In this document: positions 1-6,361 of the stretch, piece after piece
Numbering within the stretch: the stretch's first letter is position 1
Layout: every line of letters begins with the position of its first letter
Assembly (NCBI GenBank): GCA_003223835.1
Contig: QHWR01000042.1
Span: forward strand, 1 to 12,943
DNA: 12,943 bases
Source of the DNA: Acidobacteriota bacterium
GTDB taxonomy: Bacteria > Acidobacteriota > Vicinamibacteria > Vicinamibacterales > 2-12-FULL-66-21
Direction: 5' to 3'
Made by a program: the position numbers and the translations under genes
Notes under the pieces: model-generated
What the model was told of the DNA's origin: nothing
Databases searched by the model: none
The model's input: only the letters and a program-made list of their open reading frames with translations

Positions 1-107
1 AAATAAAAGCCGCCCGACGCGGTGACCTCGACGACGATGAGCGCAAGACCGGCGGCGCCAGCCAGTGCCACCACTCCAATGTCATGGAACGGCGGTCATT
101 GTAATGC

Positions 108-136
108 CGAATGGCGACCCTCGACAGCGATCAGGG
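108..136. other. Small inverted repeat (GGCGACCCT ... AGGGTCGCC, 9-bp stem with an 11-nt loop) flanked by direct CCGAATG(G/C) motifs in the 5' leader region
   Basis: Read directly from the sequence: ccgaatggcgaccctcgacagcgatcagggtcgccgaatgcc. There is no convincing ORF in 1-298, where all six frames are Arg/Ala-rich and look like off-frame GC noise. Confidence 0.3.
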
Positions 137-298
137 TCGCCGAATGCCGAAAGCGACCGCGCGTGAGCAGCGTCCGCCCGGGCTGCACGTTCGTGATCGG
201 CGGCACGAAACTGTCGCCGGCCGCCGGCGGAACCCGTCGAAGACGGCGCGCGCGCCGCGCGAGAGGTCGGCAGCGTTCTTGCCCTCGCCGGCGCGTCC

Positions 299-1582
299 AT
301 GTCACGCGGTCGCATCGTCCTGCGTGTGGTGCTCGGCGGCCTCGTGGCGGCCATGGCGCTGTTCGTGTGCGCGGTGTTGGTCGCGCCGCTCGTGGCCCGC
401 GCGATCGCGCTGTCGCAGGCGGCGACCGGCTCGGGACGCGCCCGCCCGCTGCCTGCGGGCTACCGGCCGCTGCACAAGGGTCACATCGATATGGGGACGG
501 GACTCTACGTGCGGGAAGACGAAGATCTCGCGCTCCCCGGGAGCCCGTCGTTCGTGCTGCGCCGGACGTATCGGACCCGCGACTCGCGGTCGCGCGCGTT
601 CGGGATCGGCGGCTCGCACACCGGCGACTGGTTCCTCGTCGGCGACAGCAGGACGTTCCAGTGGGCCGACGTGATCCTCGAAGATGGCGGACGGATCCAT
701 TACGAGCGCACGTCGAGCGGCACGGGCATCTCGAACGCCCGCTACAAGCACCGGGCGACGCCATCGTCCTTCTACGGATCGGAGCTCGCGTGGACCGGCG
801 CGGACTGGATGGTGCGGCAGCGCGACGGCACGGTCCTCACCTTCCGCGCATGCAGTCCGGCCAGCGGGAACTGCGCCATCACGAGCATTCGGGAACCCGA
901 CGGACAGATTATCCGCTTTGCGCGCGACGCGGAAGGGACGCTGATGCGCATCGACGCCGGCGCGCAGTGGATCGCGTTCGATTACGGCGGGGGCCGACGC
1001 ATCGCGCGCGCGCGAGACAACGCGGGTCACGCGGTTGCCTACACGTACGACGCACGAGGCCGGCTGCGGCAGGCGCTCGAGTCGGACGGGACGAAGCGCT
1101 CGTACGACTACGACGACCATGACCGTCTGACCCGGATCGAGGAACCGGGCCGCATCGTGGAAAACCGCTATGACGCCGCGGACATGTGCGTGTGGCAGCG
1201 CGTGCGCTTTCCGGCCGGCCCGCCGCACGGCGTCCCCGCCGACGATGAGCCGGACATCTTCCAGTTCTCGTACGTGATGGAAAACGGACGCGTCCGTCAG
1301 GTGGACACACACGAATCGAACGCGCCGAGCCATCGGTGCGTGTTCACCGTGCACGGCCACCTGGAGTCGGAGACCTACGACTTCGACACCGTCCGCGCGA
1401 AGACGATCACGTACCAGCGCGACCCGGGGACGGGCCTGGTGAGCGGCCTCACGTTGATGTGCGGGAGCGGCCGGTGGCGCGCGTCACGGTCGCTGCCCGC
1501 CACTCCCCGCACACAGCCCCGGGTGAAGGCGGAGCTGCTCGCGATGCCCTGCGATCTCGCCGGCGACAAGCGCATCCGCTGA
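299..1582 (+). CDS. YD-repeat / RHS-family protein (short, 427 aa) with an N-terminal hydrophobic anchor or signal
   Basis: The N-terminus MSRGRIVLRVVLGGLVAAMALFVCAVLVAPLVARA is a TM/signal segment. Downstream motifs LPGSPSFVLRRTYRTRDSRSRAFGIGGSHTGDW, AYTYDARGRL and RSYDYDDHDRLTRIEEPGRIVENRYD are characteristic of the RHS/YD repeat region (the YD-x-x-GRL and xYxYDxxxRL patterns). The codon composition looks coherent, unlike the overlapping frames. The C-terminal ~40 aa (RWRASRSLPATPRTQPRVK...) is Arg-rich, so the true end may be affected by a frame error. The protein is much shorter than canonical Rhs proteins. Confidence 0.6.
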   Translation: MSRGRIVLRVVLGGLVAAMALFVCAVLVAPLVARAIALSQAATGSGRARPLPAGYRPLHKGHIDMGTGLYVREDEDLALPGSPSFVLRRTYRTRDSRSRAFGIGGSHTGDWFLVGDSRTFQWADVILEDGGRIHYERTSSGTGISNARYKHRATPSSFYGSELAWTGADWMVRQRDGTVLTFRACSPASGNCAITSIREPDGQIIRFARDAEGTLMRIDAGAQWIAFDYGGGRRIARARDNAGHAVAYTYDARGRLRQALESDGTKRSYDYDDHDRLTRIEEPGRIVENRYDAADMCVWQRVRFPAGPPHGVPADDEPDIFQFSYVMENGRVRQVDTHESNAPSHRCVFTVHGHLESETYDFDTVRAKTITYQRDPGTGLVSGLTLMCGSGRWRASRSLPATPRTQPRVKAELLAMPCDLAGDKRIR

Positions 1583-1623
1583 GCCACGGGACACAGGGGC
1601 ACTTCGACCGGCCTCCGGCCGCG

Positions 1624-1800
1624 GATCACACGGACGGCCACGGACCGACGAGGGATCGTCAGCCACCGATCACACGGACGGGCCACGGACCGACGAGGGA
1701 TCTTCAGCCGCCGATCACACGGACGGGCCACGGACCGACGAGGGAACTTCAGCCGCGGCCCACACGAATGGCCACGGGCCGACGCAAGATCTTCAGCGCA
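1624..1800. repeat. Tandem repeat, ~45-bp unit x4 (copy 1 is 44 bp, copies 2-3 are 45 bp, copy 4 is degenerate); consensus gatcacacggacgggccacggaccgacgagggatcttcagccgcc
   Basis: Copies at 1624-1667, 1668-1712, 1713-1757 and 1758-1800 are head-to-tail with a few substitutions. The motif cacacggacg recurs once more at ~1803-1812. The array lies downstream of the YD-repeat gene stop. Confidence 0.9.
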
Positions 1801-1852
1801 TAACACGGACGCTCGCGACGCTGTACGCAATTCCTTATTTACTGATCCGTGT

Positions 1853-2008
1853 ACTTCCGTGTAATCCGTGGCTAAACGTTCCGTGTAATCCGTGGCTAAA
1901 CGTTCCGTGTGATCCGTGGCTAAATGTCCCGTGCGATCCGTGACTAGATCCTCCGTGGGATCCGTGGCCAAATGTCCGTACCGATTCGCGGCAAGGCCCT
2001 GCGGTTGC
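1853..2008. repeat. Tandem repeat, 24-bp unit x5-6 (ccgtgtaatccgtggctaaacgtt), degenerating toward the 3' end; core ATCCGTG(G)
   Basis: Units at 1867-1890 and 1891-1914 are identical. Units at 1915-1938, 1939-1962 and 1963-1985 are progressively diverged. Partial copies flank the array (1853-1866 and 1986-2008). The array sits directly upstream of a TATAAA box and the 2094 gene start. Confidence 0.9.
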
Positions 2009-2019
2009 ATTTTCCGGCG

Positions 2020-2093
2020 GCGGCAGCTATAAACCATTACCCTCGGCATCATCTGTGGAGACGGCCCGCCCGAGGCGGGCAGTGAGGATGGCA
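2020..2093 (+). promoter_or_regulatory. Putative promoter and RBS region for the small secreted protein (TATAAA at ~2027-2032; GAGG at 2084-2087)
   Basis: cagcTATAAAccatt lies ~60 bp upstream of the ATG, and gtGAGGatggcaATG places GAGG 6 nt before ATG 2094. This is sequence inspection only. Sigma-70-like consensus elements are weak in such GC-rich genomes. Confidence 0.3.
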
Positions 2094-2552
2094 ATGAGAC
2101 GAGCACTCGCGCTTGTGACGGCGGCCGTTCTGATCGGCGGCGCGCAGCCAGCCCTGGCGGTGTCGACGCCGACGATCAACGCCGTCACCTCGGGGATCGA
2201 GCTGTGCCCGCAGACCGTCTGCGGCGCGGCGATCTTCGCCGGCGTGCTGAAAGGTCAGGTCGGATCGAACCTCAACGCGCTGGGACTGTTCGCGGTCGCG
2301 GTCACGCACGAACCCCTGCCGGATCCGTTCCAATCCGCCGCGATCACCGGCGGCGTGTTTCAGTTCCAGGTCGGCCTGCGCCAGATCAAAGGCGTCGTGC
2401 TGGGGGGCACGCTGTTCAACAACGGCGACAACACGTTCACGGTGCGCGCCGTTCTCGGGATCACGAGTGGCGGCAGCGGACAGGTGATCTACACGGGCCT
2501 GCTGAACCACAACGTCTTCCCGCCGACCGTGATCGGGACGTTGACGCAGTAA
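2094..2552 (+). CDS. Small secreted hypothetical protein (152 aa) with a cleavable signal peptide; Gly/Val/Thr-rich with two Cys
   Basis: MRRALALVTAAVLIGGAQPALA-VSTP is a classic signal peptide ending in AxA. The ORF track starts the ORF at GTG 2055. I prefer ATG 2094 because of the GAGG spacing and because the signal peptide begins immediately. The stop TAA is at 2550-2552. I recognise no family motif. Confidence 0.6.
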   Translation: MRRALALVTAAVLIGGAQPALAVSTPTINAVTSGIELCPQTVCGAAIFAGVLKGQVGSNLNALGLFAVAVTHEPLPDPFQSAAITGGVFQFQVGLRQIKGVVLGGTLFNNGDNTFTVRAVLGITSGGSGQVIYTGLLNHNVFPPTVIGTLTQ

Positions 2553-2561
2553 GACGAAATA

Positions 2562-2632
2562 CCAAATGCTAAATGCCAAAGAGACCCTGATTCGGATCCC
2601 TTTTGGCATTTGTCATTTGGCATTTGGCATTG
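2562..2632. terminator. AT-rich hairpin between convergent genes; arms built from heptamer tandem repeats (CCAAATG/CTAAATG versus TGGCATT x4)
   Basis: The left arm ccaaatgctaaatgccaaa (2562-2580) is near-perfectly complementary to tttggcatttgtcatttgg (2602-2620), giving a ~19-bp stem with 1-2 mismatches and a 21-nt loop. The right arm continues with two more TGGCATT units through 2632. It lies between the stop of the 2094 gene (2552) and the stop of msrA (2636). The local AT-richness is exceptional for this window. Confidence 0.6.
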
Positions 2633-2635
2633 ACG

Positions 2636-3286
2636 CTAGGTCTTTACAGCGACGCCCACCGGACAGCTCACCCCCGTGCCGCCGAGGCCGCAGTAGCCGG
2701 CCGGATTCTTCGCCAGATACTGCTGGTGGTAGTCCTCCGCGTAGTAGAACTCCGGCGCGTCGACGATCTCGGTCGTGATCCGGCCGTAGCCGGCGGCGGT
2801 CAGCATCCGCTGATACGCGTCGCGCGAGCGTTCCGCCGCGTCGCGCTGCGCCGGGGAGAAGACGTAGATCCCGGATCGATACTGCGTGCCGGCGTCGTTC
2901 CCCTGCCGCATGCCCTGTGTGGGATCGTGACTCTCCCAGAACACCTTCAGCAGATCGTCGTAGGAGATCTTGTTGGGATCGAACACGACGAGGACGACTT
3001 CCGCGTGTCCCGTCATGCCGCTGCACACCTCGCGGTACGTCGGATTCGGCGTGATCCCGGCCGCGTAGCCGACCGCCGTCGTATAGACGCCGGGGAGCTG
3101 CCAGAACTTGCGCTCCGCCCCCCAGAAGCAGCCGAGCCCGAACATCGCGCGCTCGAGCCCGGAGGGAACCGTCCCCTGCAGCGGCGCGTCGAGCACGTAA
3201 TGCTTCGCCGGCACCGGCATGCGATCGTCGCGCCCCTTCAACGCCTGTTCGCGCGTGGGCATCTTCAGCTTGTTTTCGAACATCAT
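2636..3286 (-). CDS. msrA: Peptide methionine sulfoxide reductase A (MsrA)
   Basis: The translation contains the MsrA active-site signature GLGCFWGAE plus [12 protein letters not shown] and [10 protein letters not shown], and full length is consistent with MsrA. I chose ATG 3286 (MMFENKLK...) as the start. The ORF track's 18-aa N-terminal extension (start 3340) is encoded entirely by the heptamer repeat array and overlaps the upstream gene's stop. Confidence 0.9.
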   Translation of the reverse strand: MMFENKLKMPTREQALKGRDDRMPVPAKHYVLDAPLQGTVPSGLERAMFGLGCFWGAERKFWQLPGVYTTAVGYAAGITPNPTYREVCSGMTGHAEVVLVVFDPNKISYDDLLKVFWESHDPTQGMRQGNDAGTQYRSGIYVFSPAQRDAAERSRDAYQRMLTAAGYGRITTEIVDAPEFYYAEDYHQQYLAKNPAGYCGLGGTGVSCPVGVAVKT

Positions 3287-3291
3287 GTTTT

Positions 3292-3327
3292 CTGCCTTCC
3301 TGCCTTCTGCCTTCTGCCTTCTGCCTT
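3292..3327. repeat. Heptanucleotide tandem repeat (CTGCCTT)x5 on the + strand, i.e. (AAGGCAG)x5 on the minus-strand mRNA, in the 45-nt spacer between the zinc-ribbon/TM gene stop and the msrA start
   Basis: The + strand reads tctgccttcctgccttctgccttctgccttctgccttccg. On the minus-strand transcript this is a purine-rich run of AAGG(C)AG units ending 5 nt before the msrA ATG. Confidence 0.9.
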
Positions 3328-3332
3328 CCGCA

Positions 3333-4427
3333 TTACCCATTCCCCTGCGCCAGCAGGAAGATGATGATCAGGATGATCACGCCCAGCACGATCAGCGCGA
3401 TTTTCCACGGGCTCTTCGGGTACTGCCCGGCCATCCGCCCGCTGTGGCCGTTCACGATCAGCTGATAGACCTTCGCGGCGTACGTGTACGTCAGCAGCCA
3501 GACCGGCACCAGGATGTGCTTGAACGTCTGGCCCGAGTACGTCGGTTGGATCTGCAGGTTGCGAAACGTGTCGCCCGGAATCTGCGCCGCGCAGAGATCG
3601 TAGAGCTTGCGCGTCATCTGCTCCTGCGACGCCTTCGCCGCGTCGAGCAGCACCACCTGGTAGTGCTCGACGATGAAGCCGGACAAGTACGCCGTGTCGT
3701 ACGGCGTCAGCTCGTTCGTCATGAACGGCTCCACCTGTCTCAGCAGCGCCTGGGAGACGCCGTGCGTCCCCGGCACCGGCTCGTCGTCGAAGAAATGACG
3801 CACGACGCCGGACGCGGGTTCCCAGCGGACCTGCCGTACCTGGCGCGTCTGCGTGCGGCCGCCTTCCATGTACGACTCGGTCGTGTAGTAGTAGTGGCCC
3901 GCTTCCGCGTTCCACGGACAGACGACTTGCGCGTCAAACGTCCAGTACGGGATGTAGACGCCCCGCACCGTATCCACGAGCGCGCGCGTTTTGAGCGAGC
4001 CGGGCGCGAGCCACTTGCTTTTGTACCACCGGCGGATCTGTTCGCGCACGGTGCTTTCCGGCACCTTGAACGGGAGCAGACTCTGCGGCCGGATCGGCGC
4101 CTTGATTTCCTGGTAATCCACCAGCTCCGGCGATCCGCAGAATTCGCAGCGCTGGCCGACGCGCGCCGGATCGAACACCGACACCGCCTTGCAGCTCCGG
4201 CACTGCACGGTCCGCCGCTCGACTTGCCAGCCGCGCGCCTCGTCGGGCAGTTCTCGCAGCGCTTTCACGAGATCCAGCTCGACGATCGCGCCGGCCTGCG
4301 TCACGTCGTACGGCGCTTCCGTGCCGCAGAACGGACAGACCAGCTTCTGCTTGCCCGGATTCCATTCAGCCTGCGCGCCGCAGGCGGGACAGGGATGTTT
4401 CTCGATCGCGGAAACGGGGTCGGGCAT
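3333..4427 (-). CDS. Double zinc-ribbon protein with a C-terminal transmembrane helix (function unknown)
   Basis: N-terminal [23 protein letters not shown] and [24 protein letters not shown] give two CxxC...CxxC zinc ribbons. A ~250-aa central domain follows. The C-terminus [20 protein letters not shown] is a TM helix. The start lies 14 nt after the stop of the SPFH gene on the same strand, suggesting co-transcription. Composition is coherent and not Arg-biased. Confidence 0.7.
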   Translation of the reverse strand: MPDPVSAIEKHPCPACGAQAEWNPGKQKLVCPFCGTEAPYDVTQAGAIVELDLVKALRELPDEARGWQVERRTVQCRSCKAVSVFDPARVGQRCEFCGSPELVDYQEIKAPIRPQSLLPFKVPESTVREQIRRWYKSKWLAPGSLKTRALVDTVRGVYIPYWTFDAQVVCPWNAEAGHYYYTTESYMEGGRTQTRQVRQVRWEPASGVVRHFFDDEPVPGTHGVSQALLRQVEPFMTNELTPYDTAYLSGFIVEHYQVVLLDAAKASQEQMTRKLYDLCAAQIPGDTFRNLQIQPTYSGQTFKHILVPVWLLTYTYAAKVYQLIVNGHSGRMAGQYPKSPWKIALIVLGVIILIIIFLLAQGNG

Positions 4428-4441
4428 TTAAACCGAGAACC

Positions 4442-5470
4442 CTATTTCGACAGATATTCATCCAGCGCCGACCGTTTCACGCGCCAGGATGTGCCGATCT
4501 TCTTCCCCGCCAGTTCACCCGACTGAAGAATCGTCATGACGTCGGATTCGGGAACGCCCAGCGCCTTGGCGACGTCGGCGGGCGACAGCAGCTCCCCGGT
4601 CGCATCCCCGGGCGCCGCGGCGGGCGCCGGCGCCTTGACGGCGACGCCCGCGACGCCTCCCTGCTGCTGCATGATCTGCTGCGCGATCGACAGGCCGACG
4701 GCCATCTCGGTCGCCATGCCGCCCGCCGAGCCCCCGCGCTCCATGCCTTGCGCCATCTGGAATTTCACGTAGTCGTTCAGGTTCCCGATCGCGGCCATGC
4801 TGGATCGCTTGTCGATCGCCGTTTCGACCTCCGCCGGCACCGACACGTTCTCGACGACGAACGTGGGCATCTCGATCCCGTACTTCGCGGTGATGACGGG
4901 GTTGATGAGCGGCAGCAGCGCCTGCCCCAGTTCCGAGTAGCGCTGCGCGACGTCGAACACGGGAATCTTCGCCGTCGCGATCGCCTCGGAAAAGACGCTG
5001 ACGACGCGGGATCGCATCGTATCGGCGAACTCGTCGAGCCGGAAGTTCTGATCCGATCCGGCGACCTCTTTCAGGAACAGCTTCGGGTTCGTGATGTGGA
5101 AGTCGTACGTGCCGAACGCGCGCGCGCGGACGACGCCCAGCTCCTGGTCGTGCATCATCACCGGATTCGCCGTGCCCCACTTGTTGCCGGTGAACAGCCG
5201 CGTGTTGAGGAAGTACACGTCCGCCTTGAACGGCGAGTTGAAGCCGTACTTCCAGGATTTCAGCTTGGTCAGGATCGGAATGTTGTCCGTCGTCAGCGTG
5301 TGCTTCCCCGGCCCGAACGTGTCGCCGAATTCGCCGAGGACGATGAGCTGCGCGCCGTTCTTGATCGCTTTGTCATCGTCGGGGAATCGAAACGAGAGCG
5401 TATCGCGCGAGTCGTCGGTCCATTCGATGACGTCGATCAGCTCGCCCTTGATGAAGTCCATCAAACCCAT
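4442..5470 (-). CDS. SPFH/band-7 superfamily protein (YdjI / COG4260-like) fused to a C-terminal excisionase-type helix-turn-helix domain
   Basis: The N-terminus MGLMDFIKGELIDVIEWTDDSRDTLSFRFP matches my memory of the conserved start of COG4260 ('virion core protein'-annotated) SPFH proteins. The C-terminus LLSPADVAKALGVPESDVMTILQSGELAGKKIGTSWRVKRSALDEYL fits the excisionase/HTH_17 pattern (L..ee.A..LgvS..tv.....G.lp..kiG...r..r..L.e.l). A Gly/Ala/Gln-rich linker lies between them. I chose ATG 5470, which has GGAG 9 nt upstream. The track's start at 5563 would add 31 aa encoded by the upstream heptamer repeat. Confidence 0.7.
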   Translation of the reverse strand: MGLMDFIKGELIDVIEWTDDSRDTLSFRFPDDDKAIKNGAQLIVLGEFGDTFGPGKHTLTTDNIPILTKLKSWKYGFNSPFKADVYFLNTRLFTGNKWGTANPVMMHDQELGVVRARAFGTYDFHITNPKLFLKEVAGSDQNFRLDEFADTMRSRVVSVFSEAIATAKIPVFDVAQRYSELGQALLPLINPVITAKYGIEMPTFVVENVSVPAEVETAIDKRSSMAAIGNLNDYVKFQMAQGMERGGSAGGMATEMAVGLSIAQQIMQQQGGVAGVAVKAPAPAAAPGDATGELLSPADVAKALGVPESDVMTILQSGELAGKKIGTSWRVKRSALDEYLSK

Positions 5471-5485
5471 GGTGAAAACTCCGAT

Positions 5486-5580
5486 CGGACAGATGGCGGA
5501 TGGAAGATGGTGGATGGCGGAACGGCGGCTGATAGGGGCATCGGATTTTCCGTCATCCGCCATCCGTCATCCGTCATCGG
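5486..5580. promoter_or_regulatory. Divergent intergenic region containing inverted arrays of heptamer tandem repeats: (GATGGCG/GATGGAA/GATGGTG/GATGGCG) versus (TCCGTCA/TCCGCCA/TCCGTCA/TCCGTCA)
   Basis: cagatggcggatggaagatggtggatggcggaacgg (5490-5525) and ccgtcatccgccatccgtcatccgtcatcgg (5550-5580) are imperfect reverse complements, each made of about four 7-bp units, separated by ~25 nt. The region lies between the SPFH gene start (5470) and the multi-zinc-ribbon gene start (5608). An AT-rich stretch aactagtatcgtattctaaactgagcc (5581-5607) directly precedes the + strand ATG and may be a promoter or leader. Confidence 0.7.
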
Positions 5581-5607
5581 AACTAGTATCGTATTCTAAA
5601 CTGAGCC

Positions 5608-6330
5608 ATGGCCCAGAGCGCCGGAAGCCTGCATTGTCCCAACTGCGGGGCGCCCGCGGCGGCGGCCGACGGGCGGTGTCCGTACTGCCGCGCGCGGCTG
5701 GCGACGGTGAGTTGTCCCTCGTGTTTCGGGCTGTTGTTCGAGGGCGCGGCGTACTGCCCGCACTGCGGCGCCCGGCGCGAGCGGCGCGCGGTCGGCGAGC
5801 CGGCCGGCGCCTGTCCCGCCTGCCGGAAGACACTCGCCCGGGTCGACGTCGGCTCCGCCACGCTGTTCGAGTGCGAGGGCTGCGACGGGATCTGGCTCGA
5901 CGCGGAGGGCTTCGAGAAGCTGTGCGCCGACCGCGAAGCGCAGGCGGCGGTCCTCCATCGCATCACCGCCCTCCCGCACGCGGCGACGGGGCCGGTCCGC
6001 TATCGCCCGTGCGTGCGGTGCGGCAAGCTCATGAACCGCGTGAACTTCGCGAAGGCGTCAGGCGTGATCGTGGACGTCTGCCGCGGGCACGGCACGTTCC
6101 TCGACGCCGGGGAGCTGCACCAGATCGTCACGTTCATCCACGGCGGCGGGCTCGATCGCGCGCGCGAACGCCAGCTCGAAGACCTGGCCGAACAAGAGCG
6201 CCGCCTCCGATCGCTCCAGAACGTTCAGCAGCGCACCGAGATGGACATGGGAGGCCTGTCCATCGAATTCAGCCGCGGGACGCACGTGCTGTCCTTCGAA
6301 CAGCTACTGCGGCATTTATTCGAATCCTGA
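5608..6330 (+). CDS. Multi-zinc-ribbon protein: two N-terminal CxxC pairs plus two zf-TFIIB-like (PF13453-type) zinc-ribbon modules
   Basis: CPNCGAPAAAADGRCPYC and CPSCFGLLFEGAAYCPHCG are zinc ribbons. CPACRKTL...CEGCDGIWLDAEGFEKL and CVRCGKLMNRV...VDVCRGHGTFLDAGELHQIV each match the zf-TFIIB-like pattern C..C.....[5-10]...C..C.G.WLD.gEl. The C-terminal ~50 aa is charged, helical and probably coiled-coil. The stop TGA is at 6328-6330. Confidence 0.75.
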   Translation: MAQSAGSLHCPNCGAPAAAADGRCPYCRARLATVSCPSCFGLLFEGAAYCPHCGARRERRAVGEPAGACPACRKTLARVDVGSATLFECEGCDGIWLDAEGFEKLCADREAQAAVLHRITALPHAATGPVRYRPCVRCGKLMNRVNFAKASGVIVDVCRGHGTFLDAGELHQIVTFIHGGGLDRARERQLEDLAEQERRLRSLQNVQQRTEMDMGGLSIEFSRGTHVLSFEQLLRHLFES

Positions 6331-6333
6331 TCG

Positions 6334-6361
6334 GTTCGGGGTTCGACCCCGAACCCCGAAC
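6334..6361. terminator. GC-rich hairpin (12-bp perfect stem gttcggggttcg/cgaaccccgaac with a 4-nt loop ACCC) between convergent genes; each arm consists of two heptamers
   Basis: Read directly: gttcggggttcg-accc-cgaaccccgaac. It sits between the zinc-ribbon gene stop (6330) and the msrB stop (6362). There is no U-tract on either strand, so it may act as an RNA-stability or Rho-dependent element instead of a canonical intrinsic terminator. Confidence 0.6.

Noticed and set aside
22-1122. 366-aa + ORF, and the overlapping 96-764 (-), 111-674 (+) and 302-1360 (-) ORFs
   Set aside because: These are extremely Arg/Ala/Gly-rich with poly-R runs, typical off-frame translation of high-GC DNA. The 299-1582 frame carries recognisable YD-repeat motifs instead.
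1624-2008. CRISPR array?
   Set aside because: The repeat units are directly contiguous with no unique spacers, have two different unit lengths (45 and 24 bp), and no cas genes are nearby. These are plain tandem repeats.
1375-2106. 243-aa minus-strand ORF spanning both tandem-repeat arrays (TDRTGHLATDHTERLATDYTERLATDYTE... repeats)
   Set aside because: Its length is an artefact of stop-free tandem repeats with period 45 and 24. It overlaps the 3' end of the YD-repeat gene antisense and covers the TATAAA/promoter region. It has no RBS and its composition is Arg/Pro-rich noise outside the repeats.
2636-3340. Longer MsrA start ([24 protein letters not shown]...) as drawn in the ORF track
   Set aside because: The 18-aa extension is encoded entirely by the heptamer repeat and a stop-codon overlap with the upstream gene. 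MsrA homologues start near MxxxK... and the repeat itself supplies SD-like motifs for ATG 3286. The extension is kept as a possibility in a finding.
3219-4526. 435-aa + ORF antisense to the zinc-ribbon/TM gene, and 3283-3915 (-) and 3934-4365 (-)
   Set aside because: These are shadow ORFs. The 3333-4427 minus frame has clean CxxC pairs, balanced composition and a terminal TM helix.
4748-5599. 283-aa + ORF antisense to the SPFH gene
   Set aside because: It is Arg/Asp/Val-rich with no motifs. The SPFH frame on the minus strand is clearly the coding one.
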